Positions 35,781 to 46,955 of a DNA stretch of 64,000 nucleotides are shown here, in pieces (position 1 is the stretch's first letter; every line of letters begins with the position of its first letter). The notes under the pieces are model-generated. The model was not told the DNA's origin. It saw only the letters and a list, made by a program, of their open reading frames with translations, and made no database searches. The stretch is from Williopsis jadinii (Eukaryota): the NCBI GenBank assembly GCA_024346625.1, contig AP024665.1, positions 930,001 to 994,000 of the forward strand, read 5' to 3'. The position numbers and the translations under genes are program-made.

Positions 35781-37991
35781 ATGGTTACTCCTGCCATCCC
35801 AATCTCCTTGATATTGGAGATCCTTGAGGATCCTAAGCCGGCCCATGTAAAGCACGTTCTCAAATCATTGTATCTCTGCCCAGAGACCGTGACATCTGCG
35901 TCAAAGGCAGATCTCAACCATTTTGTTTCAAGAACTGCAAACTTGCTGAACAGCAGGGAAGACTATAAGAGATGGTTTGGATGTCACATCGTGCAGATTG
36001 TGTCTCTGAATCCTGTTGTGATCACCACATCCGGTGTCGGCTTCATCACTGCGCTGTTGAAACTGGTCCATCACCAAACCTCTGTCACAACTGTGGTGTT
36101 CCAGAATGCGGTTTTGGCCTTGAACTCGATCATCATCAGCATCAGAGGTAAGCCTGTCTTAACGAGGGAGATTCTTACTCCGAACTTGCCGAATATCATC
36201 TCAGCTCTGTTGGAAAACTTGGAAAGAGACGTTGTTACTGTGCTGCCAATCTTGAAACAGCTATTGGTAAAGAACACTACAACTTTCAAGCCATTTGTTA
36301 AAAAGCTGGAAACCAAGCTGGTCAAACTGTTGGTTGAGAATTTCCACACCCTGGATAGCTCATTACAAGAGGAGGTGTGCCAAACGTATGCGTACCTCAA
36401 CTTGATAAAACCAACTCAGCACCAAACCCAACCTGGATCTGCTCAACCACTGCCTGATGACCAATGGAGACTGAAGATCTTACAGCTTATGGATGAAACT
36501 CGCAATGTCATCATGGTCTATGATAATATCATTGAGCTAAGCTCAGAAAGAGAGTCTATGGATCTTATCAAGCAATTGCCAAGTTTTGAAAAGAACGACC
36601 ATCACATCTTCCCATTTTTGCACATTGACTTATCCCAACCGATCACATTGGTTTCTATATCTGAGAGAATTGATGTGTTGCTAAAACTGTTGACAGCGCT
36701 CATCACGGTGCCAACGCCATTCCCTGTTCGTATTCCGTTGGGACAGTTGGTGCAATTGGGGAACTTATTGATGGGTATTTCACCAAATTACATCTCGATA
36801 AAGCCAGAGTTGAAGAGAGACCACGACCTCAAACAGATGATTTTAAACGATATCATCAAGACTCAAATCCACGGTTGCAATTTGGCTCTTAACATCTCAA
36901 AGACTTACAAAAAATTGGTATTACCTCATTTCCCTTCTATTTTGTCAAGTTTAGAGGTTATTGTTCCTATTAAGAACGAAAAGGGCAAGAAAGGTATCAA
37001 CATTGACACCCAGTGTGCACTAAACATGGAGTCAGAACTTCTTCAGGTCATTCAAACTGTGACGGAATTGTTACACTTGGTGGATTCGCTAACGGAATTT
37101 GAACTTGTGAATAAACTCGTTGACGTCTCCATTCTTCTCCTTTCAAAGAGAACACCATTGGAGAGTCTGTTGCAGAAACAGCCAGTGCCAACGAGCATTG
37201 AGAACAATTCACAGAGTCAAAAGAATAAGAAGAAGAAGAAAAGCAAAGATACCACACCGTTGGCTGATATTTTATCACATGCAGAGTTGTTTGAACTGGA
37301 TCCACCAAAGCGTACTGTCCAGGTCATCGTATCATTCTTTGGAGTTTTAATTAAGAAAGTCAGTAAACTCGATGCAAATTACAAGATTAAGGTCATCAAG
37401 TATATCATTGCCAGTGCTGTTAAGCAACAATCCATTAACGGCACGATAAATGCTCTCACTGTGGAATTGCTGGAGTCGCTGGTCCTGTTCCCAGGTGTTG
37501 GTGAAGTTTACTCTGTCTTGCCAATCGTTAAGAGACTGTTACCAAACAATGAGAAGTTGAGTCTTCTAACCAACCCAAGATTCCCTATTCTCCATGTAAA
37601 GTACAAGCCTCGTGCCCAAGAGACTGTTGAAGACGACGAAGACGAAGAGATGGATGAAATTGAGGTTCCTGTTGAGGAAACCATAGTCAAGGACACCTTT
37701 GTAGAGGACTTAAAGATCGCAAAGGAGGTGCCAAAAGAGACTCCAGCTGTCAGTGTGTTCAAGACAGAGGAACAGATACAGACTATGGAGTTCCCAAGTG
37801 AAGATGCTCAGCCTACTGATGAGGCAAAGACCCGTCCACTGGAAGAAGAGGACGACACCCCTTCCAAACGCATCAAGATCCAGCAGTCAGCTCAAATTGC
37901 TGAGACGGAAAAACACATCGAAGATGAGAGCGAGAACGATGGGAGTGACTTTGAGATCCCGCTTATCGATATCGATAGTGATGAAGAGTGA
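35781..37991 (+). CDS. RIX1: Pre-60S factor Rix1 (PELP1 homolog)
   Basis: RWFGCH and IRGKPVLTREILTPNLP motifs; acidic tail ending DFEIPLIDIDSDEE; Ribi promoter. Start at ATG 35781. Confidence 0.85.
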   Translation: MVTPAIPISLILEILEDPKPAHVKHVLKSLYLCPETVTSASKADLNHFVSRTANLLNSREDYKRWFGCHIVQIVSLNPVVITTSGVGFITALLKLVHHQTSVTTVVFQNAVLALNSIIISIRGKPVLTREILTPNLPNIISALLENLERDVVTVLPILKQLLVKNTTTFKPFVKKLETKLVKLLVENFHTLDSSLQEEVCQTYAYLNLIKPTQHQTQPGSAQPLPDDQWRLKILQLMDETRNVIMVYDNIIELSSERESMDLIKQLPSFEKNDHHIFPFLHIDLSQPITLVSISERIDVLLKLLTALITVPTPFPVRIPLGQLVQLGNLLMGISPNYISIKPELKRDHDLKQMILNDIIKTQIHGCNLALNISKTYKKLVLPHFPSILSSLEVIVPIKNEKGKKGINIDTQCALNMESELLQVIQTVTELLHLVDSLTEFELVNKLVDVSILLLSKRTPLESLLQKQPVPTSIENNSQSQKNKKKKKSKDTTPLADILSHAELFELDPPKRTVQVIVSFFGVLIKKVSKLDANYKIKVIKYIIASAVKQQSINGTINALTVELLESLVLFPGVGEVYSVLPIVKRLLPNNEKLSLLTNPRFPILHVKYKPRAQETVEDDEDEEMDEIEVPVEETIVKDTFVEDLKIAKEVPKETPAVSVFKTEEQIQTMEFPSEDAQPTDEAKTRPLEEEDDTPSKRIKIQQSAQIAETEKHIEDESENDGSDFEIPLIDIDSDEE

Positions 37992-38002
37992 TGAGATGGG
38001 AT

Positions 38003-38090
38003 GGGATGTCTGGGTGTCGTGGTGTCTGGGTGTCTGGGTGGCGTGGTGTCTGGGTGTGTGGATGTTTGGGTGTTTGGATGTCTGGGTGTA
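38003..38090 (+). repeat. Degenerate 8-bp TG-rich tandem array (TGGGTGTC)~11, telomere-like
   Basis: Units GGGATGTC, TGGGTGTC, GTGGTGTC, TGGGTGTC, TGGGTGGC, GTGGTGTC, TGGGTGTG, TGGATGTT, TGGGTGTT, TGGATGTC, TGGGTGTA, in exact 8-nt register. Confidence 0.85.
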
Positions 38091-38250
38091 TAGACACGCC
38101 TCGGCAAGTTTCTTACTCATCGGCTAGAAGTTGTAAACACACATCGTAGCACATGTTCCCAACAGCCTCCCTACCTGTTCTAGAGGCTATCCCGTTATAT
38201 AATTTATCTGCCGATCTCTAGCTTTGGTATCCAGTTGTTTAATTGAAACT

Positions 38251-39678
38251 ATGACCAACGCACATTTGTTTGTTTTAATCCATGGGTTAGTATGCCACTG
38301 TGTTACTGAATGAGTTACATTGCTTCGAGTTTTGACGCTAACCCTTCACAGCCTATGGGGCGGTGCCAATCATCTGAAGGCTGCTGATGAGATGATTCAG
38401 AGTTGTGTATCTTCACCGAATGAAGAAATCCACACCATTAGGCCGAAGACCTCCTCGCTTTTCAAGACGTATGATGGAATCGAGATGATTGGTGACCGTA
38501 TGCTGGTGGAGATCATAGCAAAGATAAACGACTTGCACGGTGAGAATGTTGTTGTCACGAAGATCAGCTTTATCGGATACTCACTTGGAGGACTGGTATC
38601 AAGATACGTTATCGGAGAGCTGGAGAAGAAGAAGATATTCGACGACATAGAGCCTATGTTCTTCTGCACGTTTGCATCACCACATCTCGGTGTTCAATTC
38701 TTTAGACGGCGTTCTATGATTTTGAACTTTTTGGGCAGTCAAGTGCTCGGCCTCGTTGGATCAGAACTGTTCATCAAGGACCGTTCCAAGATTCTTGTGA
38801 AACTTGCAAGTGATGAGTACCTGGAGGGATTAGGTAAATTCAAAGAGAGATTTTGCTTTGCGAACATTAGACATGACCGCACAGTGAGTTTCTACTCTGC
38901 CTATATCACCGATAAGAACCCATTTGATGCTCATTGGGACAGTATTGAGTTGTCATTTGACTTTGAAGATGGTATTCTACCTACCTATCGGGTACATGGT
39001 GTCGATGTGAAGCCAAGGTTTGTCAACATTGCAAAGTCCAATTTTGTTGGCCCAGGTAGGGTTTTCCGAAAGAAATCGCTTCGAAAGAAGTTGAGGTTTA
39101 CCGGTATAATACTGGCTGCGTCTGTTATACTGCCAATATGGATCCCGATTGTTCTTACTGCGAGTACCATCGCCTCTATTGTAAGTTACTTCATCGTTTC
39201 AACACACAAGAAGGTTGAGTTTGAAGACTTGAAGCGTCCTGATTCTTCGAAGCTATCAGCTGGCTTTGAGGAGAGACTACAAGAGGCCACTGGCGAGGCC
39301 TTTGAGAACGCCATCAATATTGGCCAGTACGATGCAAACACCGATTTGGACGAAACCCGTCACGGGGATTCGATAGCAACGTTGACACCTATCGAATCAG
39401 TGAAAGCTGTCGATGCCGAATTCGAAAACAGACCGATTGCAGCCTCAGAGATATTTCACGATACCAAGCCACTCGCTTTGAACGCTGACCGTCAATACAT
39501 CAACGAGAAGTTGAACTCGTTAGTGTGGAGCAAGTTTGCTGTCTACGTCAACGTGCTGAACGCACACGATGGAATCATTGCACGGAAGGGGCTGAAGAGA
39601 AGCACAGCCAAAGGGATAGCTGTTATTCGTTTCTACGCAGAGCTCATCAACAAGAAGCTGAACAGCCAAGCTGAGTAG
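38251..39678 (+). CDS. DUF676 alpha/beta-hydrolase lipase (Lpl1/Rog1-like); exons 38251-38285 and 38352-39678, 453 aa
   Basis: Join restores HLFVLIHG|LWG; GYSLGG nucleophile, FASPHLG and DRTV motifs; intron GTTAGT...CGCTAAC...CAG. Confidence 0.88.
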
Positions 39679-40898
39679 TTGAAACAGTGCATCTGGATGC
39701 AAATGAATAAAGGATAGCATTATGTGGTTGATTGACATTGGAATTTATTGCTTAGGTCCTCCGTTGGTAGGAGGTTGATGTTGTGGGTGAAGTTGTAAGG
39801 GTGTATGGTGTGGATTGATCACCTTGGTTATTGAAGAGCTTCGGATCACGGCATGCAAGCGTTATTCCTATTGGTCAATCTTGAAAGTGCGATGCAAACG
39901 TGACCATGTGGAGACCACGAGCAGATCACGATCAGACCATGTTGGATTCTTATGGAGACCACCTTTGGCTATTAGAGTTGATCCTTTGACTTGGTGGTCA
40001 TAGCGAAGCAATGTCCTAGCATTTTTAAGGTTGCCGGGGTAACAAAGAGCCAGAATTACATATATAAGACAACACGTTCTGGTTTATTCTGGACGAACCA
40101 TGACCCAGTCAAGTTAGAATTCAATATATATGATGATAGAGATCAATTCTAGTGTGTGGTAATCTTAAAGTCTCTCAATTTTCCCCTGTTGTTGAGGTAT
40201 GGGCAAATCTTTCCTTTCTTTGATGACCAATTTATGGGTAGATATCTGTGCAAGTATCCAAGAATGCACGCTCGTACTTGGTGGGTCTCTTAGCTGGAGC
40301 ATTACCGACAGCCAGCTATGCCTGGTGAGAACTTTGAGACCGAGTACCGCTTTTATTAGTATACTTCTAAGCATCGTTCTAAGCATCATTCCAATAGGCT
40401 GAGATGCCCAGTGCCCACCGTCACACCCACCTCCCTCCACCACCGCCGCTGAACGCAATTTGACACTTTTCCAATCGCTTAAAAATCAGCCCGGAGTTAA
40501 CACAAACCTTAAGCGGAAATAAGAAAACATTAAACTCAAAAACTGTGGATGCGACAAAAAGAAACGTTTTCCTTTATCGCTGTTGCCAGGCAAAGTTTTT
40601 TCTTTCTTTTGTATGCAATTCCGTATAAAGAATACTCAGCCGTCTCAATTTAATTACTCATCTTCTCCTTTTTGGATCTGCTCTGTCTTCCTTTTTTACA
40701 GCAATTGGCGATCTTAGCCACAGCCCTTTCCAGTTGTTTTTCCCTCTCTTCAATTGCCACTTTCCCCCTGCTGAGAGTGCCATATCAGAGATCTCTTGGT
40801 TGTTCTGTGCTGGTGTGATATCAACGTGATTCTGAGCCCTTGTTATCCTGTTGAGCTTTCCCGTGCAACCCCGTGTGTGAACTTTTACGTATATAGCG

Positions 40899-42014
40899 AT
40901 GACTGAGACCTTGTCACCCAGTGGTGCAATTGAGAGCACCATTGCACAGTACAAGGCACGCTTGCACACCTTCTACTACGAGAGCATTGCGCCCAACATC
41001 GGGCTTCTGTTCATAGTTCTGTCCCAGTTCTTCAACTCCATCATGGTGACCACCACGAAGCTTCTGGAGACGGATCCGGACCAGACCGGACCCCCGATCC
41101 ATCCTTTCCAAATCCTGTTCGTCCGTATGATCATCACCTTTGCTGGCTGCTTCACCTACCTCAAGTTCTACAAGAAAGAGGAGCAGATATGGGGCCCTCC
41201 AAGCCTTAGGTTCTGGCTCGTACTGAGAGGTCTGACCGGGTTCGTTGGGGTGTTCTCAATGTACTACTCCCTACTATACCTCTCGGTGTCTGAAGCTACA
41301 GTTATAACGTTCCTGGTTCCGTCTGTAACGGGCTTTCTTGCCTGGGTGATTCTTAGAGAGAGATGGTCCTTGATAGAGGCTGGTGGTGCCTTGATCTCAC
41401 TTGTGGGTGTCATGCTCATCGCCAGACCTTCTTTCATCTTTGGAAGCGCAGGTGCCGATGCCGGAGAAGGAGCTGACGTTGACAGTGCCAACAGACTCAA
41501 GGCCACTCTAATGGCTCTGTTTGGAGTGTGTGGTGCCAGTGGTGTGTATATTGTGATCAGATTCATTGGCAAACGTGTGCATTCCTTGGTGATGGTTCAG
41601 TATTTCGCCGGCATCACAGTGCTGATCAGTCTGGCAGGCACCATCCTTGTGCCAGGATTGGGATTCAGAGTCCCTCAGAGTGGTAGACAGTGGTTCCTGT
41701 TCTTTGCACTGGGTATCAGTGGCTTCTTCATGCAATTCCTACTGACGGAAGGCATCCAACGTGAGAAGGCCAGTAGGGCATCAATGATGCTCTACTCGCA
41801 AATGGTCTATGCCCTCATTTGGGAAGTCACAATATGGCACCATCTTCCGAGCTTCTGGTCCTGGCTCGGCATCTTCATCATTCTGACGGCTGCGTTCGTC
41901 GTCGTCACCCATAAACCGAAGGAGGTGACCAAACTCCCCGACGACGAGATGCCGTACTCAGACTTGGAGAACGACTCTACGGATACTGACGGTGCAGAGG
42001 CTCTTCGTTTATAG
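40899..42014 (+). CDS. EamA/DMT-family membrane transporter (YPL264C/YMR253C-like)
   Basis: Two EamA repeats: HPFQILFVRM, LRGLTG, ILRER, GIQREKASRA. Confidence 0.85.
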   Translation: MTETLSPSGAIESTIAQYKARLHTFYYESIAPNIGLLFIVLSQFFNSIMVTTTKLLETDPDQTGPPIHPFQILFVRMIITFAGCFTYLKFYKKEEQIWGPPSLRFWLVLRGLTGFVGVFSMYYSLLYLSVSEATVITFLVPSVTGFLAWVILRERWSLIEAGGALISLVGVMLIARPSFIFGSAGADAGEGADVDSANRLKATLMALFGVCGASGVYIVIRFIGKRVHSLVMVQYFAGITVLISLAGTILVPGLGFRVPQSGRQWFLFFALGISGFFMQFLLTEGIQREKASRASMMLYSQMVYALIWEVTIWHHLPSFWSWLGIFIILTAAFVVVTHKPKEVTKLPDDEMPYSDLENDSTDTDGAEALRL

Positions 42015-42091
42015 ATTATATATCCTTTCCTATTCTTATTCTCTTACATCTTTAAACATTAGCATTTCCCTGGTGTATGTGAACTAATCAT

Positions 42092-42994
42092 TCAATCAGA
42101 GAGCTCATCCTCCGGTGGTGGGACATATGGTGGTGGCTTGAAGAACTCCTGGTCCTCTTCAACATGCTTCTTAAAGGCTTCCTTATCATCGACAAACTCG
42201 TAGACATACTCCAGCTCGAGGTCGTGCACCTGTCTACCAAAGATGATCAGAGAGTGCAACGGTTCACCAGCATCGTACTCAGCAAGCTCTTTCAAGGTGG
42301 CAGCTTTGAAGGACTGTGTTGGGGCTCCCAGTCTTGACACAGCGATGGCTGGTGTGTTCGGTGTGTAGCACTTCTCTCCTCTCTTCTCCTCAATCTCAAG
42401 AAGCTGCTGTGCAGCAGTCTTGATATCCATGTACCTTGGTGGCTCGTAGATGAGTCTTCCTCTGGCCATGTTCTCTATGCTCTGCTCCTTGACCTTGATG
42501 TCGAGGAGCACGAGCGTATGCAAACCGATCTTTCTGTTCTCCATGATCTTATCGTAGAAAGAGTCTGGTCTCCAGTTCTCAGTGAAGAACACCAGAGACA
42601 CGGTCTGGCCGAATTGGTAGAGCTGCAAGCCGCAGGCCCCCACAGCGTTCATCACAGAGGCATTGTGAATGGCCTCCACTTTGATGCCCAGCTCCCTTGC
42701 TCTAATCACGAGATCGGTGTGGGTAGTCGCACCAAAGACATCGCCAACCACCAAGAAAGCAACGTCGTCGTTCTGTGCATTCTCCAGGATGATGTCAGAG
42801 CCGGACTCCACCAGCTCACGGTCCGCAAGCACAACCTCACGGCCATAGAACTCCTCCAATGTCTCCTTGGAAGCAGCCATGAGGATGGAGGTGTACGCCT
42901 CGAGATAGACACGCTTACATTTCTTCACAACCTCCAGCCCACGCACGGTGATATCTGTCTCGTACGAGAGACCAAGACCCACAAGATAGAGCAT
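42092..42994 (-). CDS. DPH5: Diphthine methyl ester synthase
   Basis: [46 protein letters not shown] upstream at 43050-43075. Confidence 0.97.
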   Translation of the reverse strand: MLYLVGLGLSYETDITVRGLEVVKKCKRVYLEAYTSILMAASKETLEEFYGREVVLADRELVESGSDIILENAQNDDVAFLVVGDVFGATTHTDLVIRARELGIKVEAIHNASVMNAVGACGLQLYQFGQTVSLVFFTENWRPDSFYDKIMENRKIGLHTLVLLDIKVKEQSIENMARGRLIYEPPRYMDIKTAAQQLLEIEEKRGEKCYTPNTPAIAVSRLGAPTQSFKAATLKELAEYDAGEPLHSLIIFGRQVHDLELEYVYEFVDDKEAFKKHVEEDQEFFKPPPYVPPPEDELSD

Positions 42995-43228
42995 CCTTAA
43001 ACAGTATACCTGCCAATGGCAACAGTGTTCCCTGCCATTGCACTGAGCTGATGAGATGAGCTTTTAAAAATTTTCCCAGTGGTTTTAGTCTGTTGCTGTG
43101 GAAACCAATATACCGTTTTCAGAACGTCCCGAAAAGCAGTACAAGCCCACCGATACACTTCAAAATCAAAACATAGCACATTGCTATGGAACAAGCCTGT
43201 ACACATTCCACAGTGTATATTGGGATAA

Positions 43229-44212
43229 ATGGTGATGGACAGTAGGCGTATCCAAAGGCTCGGTGACGCTGTCACTCCAGTGGTGATTAGCTTATTGCTG
43301 GTGTACGGTTCGTGGGTGTACTCCTACTATATATGCTGGGAAGAGCTGCGCCAAACACAGCATCGAGAGTCTGTCGGGGTTGGGCTCATTGTAGGGAATA
43401 TCGTACTGTTGGTGCTGCTGTTCACGATCTGGCTCCAGATCATGGTTCTGGGACCTGGTGTCCAGCCGAGACTACCTCCTTACAGGCTGCTGGAGGGAGC
43501 TGGTGGGCCGGAGTGTATCGAGCCTCCTGCGGTGTTCTCGTGCGATGAGAGAGGATACCCTGTCTGGTGCTCGAACTGCCAGAGTATCAAGGCCGAGAGA
43601 GCACACCACTCGACGAGGTTGGACCGGTGTGTGCCGAGATTCGACCACTACTGTGCCTTCATCGGCTGTGTCATAGGCAAGAGAAACCACCGGCTGTTCA
43701 TGCAGTTCTGCGTTGTGTTTACGCTCTACTTTGTTTACATCATCACGTCCATGGGCATATACTCCCGTGATATACAACGCAGGGCCGGGAGCCTGAACCC
43801 GAACATCGTCGTGTGCCTGGTGCTTGCTGCCGTGTGGCTTGTGATGGTGCTGGGGCTCACGGGCGAACACGTCTCGTACCTCGTCGCCAACAAGGCCACC
43901 GTCACCGTCATGGACGCCAGGCGGATCAAGAAACAACGCCTCGACGACCACCAGTACTACAGCGTCTCGACGAAGGAGGGCCGGTGCGTGGTCAGCTTGA
44001 GCAAGCAAGACTACAAGGTGTGGGATCACGGCGTGGTCGCCAACATGAAGAGCGTGCTGGGCCAGAGCCCATGGTTCTGGGCCTGGCCCGTCGGCTCCCC
44101 CGTGGCCAACACGGGTAACCCACACGCTCGAACGTACGATGATATCCTGGGCGACTACGCGGAGGCCCTCAACGAGGACTACATCCTCCGAGCTGGCGAG
44201 GTTGCCGTGTAA
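43229..44212 (+). CDS. PFA5: DHHC-family palmitoyltransferase with DHYC variant
   Basis: CSNCQSIK..RAHH...CVPRFDHYC..IG..IGKRNHRLF; four TM segments. DHYC is characteristic of Pfa5. Confidence 0.82.
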   Translation: MVMDSRRIQRLGDAVTPVVISLLLVYGSWVYSYYICWEELRQTQHRESVGVGLIVGNIVLLVLLFTIWLQIMVLGPGVQPRLPPYRLLEGAGGPECIEPPAVFSCDERGYPVWCSNCQSIKAERAHHSTRLDRCVPRFDHYCAFIGCVIGKRNHRLFMQFCVVFTLYFVYIITSMGIYSRDIQRRAGSLNPNIVVCLVLAAVWLVMVLGLTGEHVSYLVANKATVTVMDARRIKKQRLDDHQYYSVSTKEGRCVVSLSKQDYKVWDHGVVANMKSVLGQSPWFWAWPVGSPVANTGNPHARTYDDILGDYAEALNEDYILRAGEVAV

Positions 44213-44342
44213 AGTATCGCCAGGCCATTTTGAGATGGCCCACTACAGGGGAAAACGTGATCGCGAAGAAGGATCAACATCACCGCTTTCCACGCCGAGA
44301 GGCCTGCTTGCTGCTCTTTCACAGACGCTATTCAACGTGCAA

Positions 44343-45962
44343 ATGAGCGACCAGAGAGACCGTCTACTGCCAGAGGTGGAGGAGCACTACGGTTCTGTTG
44401 TTGTAGATGGTGGTGTGGCCCAGTGGCCTAGGAAGGCGAGCCATCCACGCAGGCTCATCTCGTACATCGCAGGCTGTGTGATGGCATTAGTGCTGGTGAT
44501 GTTGGGGTATGCGACGTTTCTGTCGTATGAACGGGCTGATGAGCTGATCCAGCAGTCCGTGGAGATGGACGTGCAGAGTGTCAGGTTTGCTAAGCTGACA
44601 ACAAGCGGCGTACAGGTCCAGATCCAGGCGCTGTCAGTGGTTGATTACGACCGGATACAGAATGACGACTACTCCAGGGCTCTGTTCAAGCTTGGTGGCA
44701 GCGTGCTGCGGACAGTGACACTACAGTCAGAGCCAGTGCACATTGCGACGGTCTTTGACGACATGGAACTGAACCTGGGGACCATGAGGATCCCCCCTGT
44801 CACTGTGGACATACACAACCACGGCGAGACCTTGGTGGACGTTGTAATTGACGTCAAGCCCGATACAAAGAGCCTGTTCTCGATCCTGAAGAGGCTGCTC
44901 CAGGACCCAGACGAGGTGATGAAGCTGCGTGGCTCAGGGATCATCAGCGTGACTTTGGGCTTGATACCCTTGGGCTCGTTCCCGTTGAGTTTTGAACACC
45001 TCGTTTGCACTTCAGAATACATCGATGCCATCGACTTCGACCGTTTATCGATTCAGAACCTATCGTGCTCTGAAGCTGAGGCTGGGTATGGCATTTCCGG
45101 ACAGCTCATGCTTCCAAACCCAACGTTTGAGAAGACCATTGTGGGATTCCAAGCCCCATCTCTTCAATTTGACATCTTCAACGAGGATTGTAATGGAGAC
45201 TCAGTCTTAACGATCTTTTCAGACCTTATTACGTGTGATTCGTTCCATCTGTCTCCATCAGATGAGAATATCACCGTGAATTTCTCAACCTTAGTGGGGC
45301 AACTAGATGGCCGGTGGAACGAAATATGTATCAACGACGGTATTTCGCCATTAGACAGGGTTCTCAAGCAGCTAGTAACCAATGGGACTGTACCGGTATC
45401 TCTGAAAAATATCAATATACCTTCAATGTCATCAGAGTTTGTGAACAAGCTGTTGAAATTTGTCGAACTTGATGTTGATTACAAGTTTCCTTCTTCAGAT
45501 GGTGGATCATTAATGGATAGTGTGATCCATAATGTATCCTTGGAGAATTTGGCTTTACAGATGGACAGCGACGGGGAAACAACGTTTGTTGATGGAGACG
45601 TTGAAGTTTTCGTTGCTCCTCCCAAGGGACTTGTTGATGGGATTCGGATCATAGGTCTTCGTGGAGGTCCAATTTTGTCCTATCAAGGCTCGCCATTTGG
45701 CGTAATTGACCTCACAGAATGGCACTCATGTGGTAATCATGTTGCTGATGAATTTCTTGTTGTTACCACGACCTTGAATCACTCCCTCTTGACGATAACC
45801 GACAAATCTGTGTTCCAGGCCTTGGTAAAGGAGGTGTTTTTGAAAGGCTCTGCTGAACTTGGTGTGGACGTGAGCTTGGATGCTAAACTACAAGTACGTA
45901 CTGTTGGCACGTTCCAAATCGATGGCATCAAGACCAAGGGCAAGACGACGATAAGCCGGTAA
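44343..45962 (+). CDS. Single-pass membrane protein with beta-rich lumenal repeats, Tag1/YLR173W-like
   Basis: Start probably ATG 44343 (MSDQRDRLL); one N-terminal TM followed by a long beta-rich region. YLR173W neighbours DPH5 in S. cerevisiae. Confidence 0.6.
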   Translation: MSDQRDRLLPEVEEHYGSVVVDGGVAQWPRKASHPRRLISYIAGCVMALVLVMLGYATFLSYERADELIQQSVEMDVQSVRFAKLTTSGVQVQIQALSVVDYDRIQNDDYSRALFKLGGSVLRTVTLQSEPVHIATVFDDMELNLGTMRIPPVTVDIHNHGETLVDVVIDVKPDTKSLFSILKRLLQDPDEVMKLRGSGIISVTLGLIPLGSFPLSFEHLVCTSEYIDAIDFDRLSIQNLSCSEAEAGYGISGQLMLPNPTFEKTIVGFQAPSLQFDIFNEDCNGDSVLTIFSDLITCDSFHLSPSDENITVNFSTLVGQLDGRWNEICINDGISPLDRVLKQLVTNGTVPVSLKNINIPSMSSEFVNKLLKFVELDVDYKFPSSDGGSLMDSVIHNVSLENLALQMDSDGETTFVDGDVEVFVAPPKGLVDGIRIIGLRGGPILSYQGSPFGVIDLTEWHSCGNHVADEFLVVTTTLNHSLLTITDKSVFQALVKEVFLKGSAELGVDVSLDAKLQVRTVGTFQIDGIKTKGKTTISR

Positions 45963-46097
45963 CTTACGACTAAATATTAATTTAATGAAACTAACGCGTT
46001 AATTGGAAACGAAATCTGACTTTATACTATGTGAATGATTAAACTCGACTTTTCTCTGTGGGATTACCTTATGAGTCCACCTCCAGATTCGATGCGA

Positions 46098-46955
46098 TCA
46101 ACCAGGTGGAAGAGAGGAGACGTCAACAACATCCTGGGCGTCGACGGTTGGTCCTTCAAGCTCAAAGGCAGAGGTTGGGGTTCTTGGGAGGGCCATCATA
46201 CCAGATCTGGAGGACTCCAAGATACCGAATGGACGCATCAGGGAGAGGAAAGAGGAGACTCTTGATGGCTTAGCACTCAGCTCGACAATACATGATCTCT
46301 CAGAGATATCGAGAACCTTACCACCAAACTGTTCACTGATGGCTGTGATGGCACCCAAGTATTCGTGCTTCATTCTGAGAATCTCGGACATGGTCAGGTT
46401 CTTTGGGTGGTACTTCGACGAGGCCACACTATCAGATGCAGAGGTGTCACCATGTTGTCTCAAAAGGTCTTCAAAGTACTCTGGACCCAAAAGGGAGATT
46501 CTGGCAAGCAGAAGCTCCCTTTTGATGATCTCGGCGTTCGTGTAGTCCAAGACGGCGTAAACAGGGACCAAGCCTTCGATCTGCTTTCTGGCCTGTTCAA
46601 TAACGGCGTCCTTCTCCCTGAGGACGATGGTCATTCTGGAAAGGTCGTTAACCTCTGTGTGGGAAACAACGAGCGAGTCGATGTTGAAGCCTCTGGCAGC
46701 CAAAGTCCCGGACACCAAGGACAGCACACCCGGCTCGTTCTGCACAAGACAGTTGAGCACGTGTGGTCTATCTGGCACCTTGAGGCCTGTTGGGGCCTCG
46801 TACAAGATCGACGCAACCGCACCTTCGGTACTCCACTTTGGAGTCTCCAAAGTTGGAAGAGGTGGTCTGGACTTGTTTCTCAGCAGCTTATAAGCCATCG
46901 CAGCCGTCGAGCTTGACGACGACTGGAAACGACGCTGAACCAAAGGTCTGAACAT
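46098..46955 (-). CDS. ILV6: Acetolactate synthase regulatory subunit
   Basis: Mitochondrial presequence MFRPLVQRRF; HVLNCLVQNEPGVL...RGFNIDSLVV ACT domain; ends LPPG. Confidence 0.96.
   Translation of the reverse strand: MFRPLVQRRFQSSSSSTAAMAYKLLRNKSRPPLPTLETPKWSTEGAVASILYEAPTGLKVPDRPHVLNCLVQNEPGVLSLVSGTLAARGFNIDSLVVSHTEVNDLSRMTIVLREKDAVIEQARKQIEGLVPVYAVLDYTNAEIIKRELLLARISLLGPEYFEDLLRQHGDTSASDSVASSKYHPKNLTMSEILRMKHEYLGAITAISEQFGGKVLDISERSCIVELSAKPSRVSSFLSLMRPFGILESSRSGMMALPRTPTSAFELEGPTVDAQDVVDVSSLPPG

Noticed and set aside
43472..44125. 217-aa antisense ORF within PFA5
   Set aside because: Explained by high GC3 removing antisense stops.
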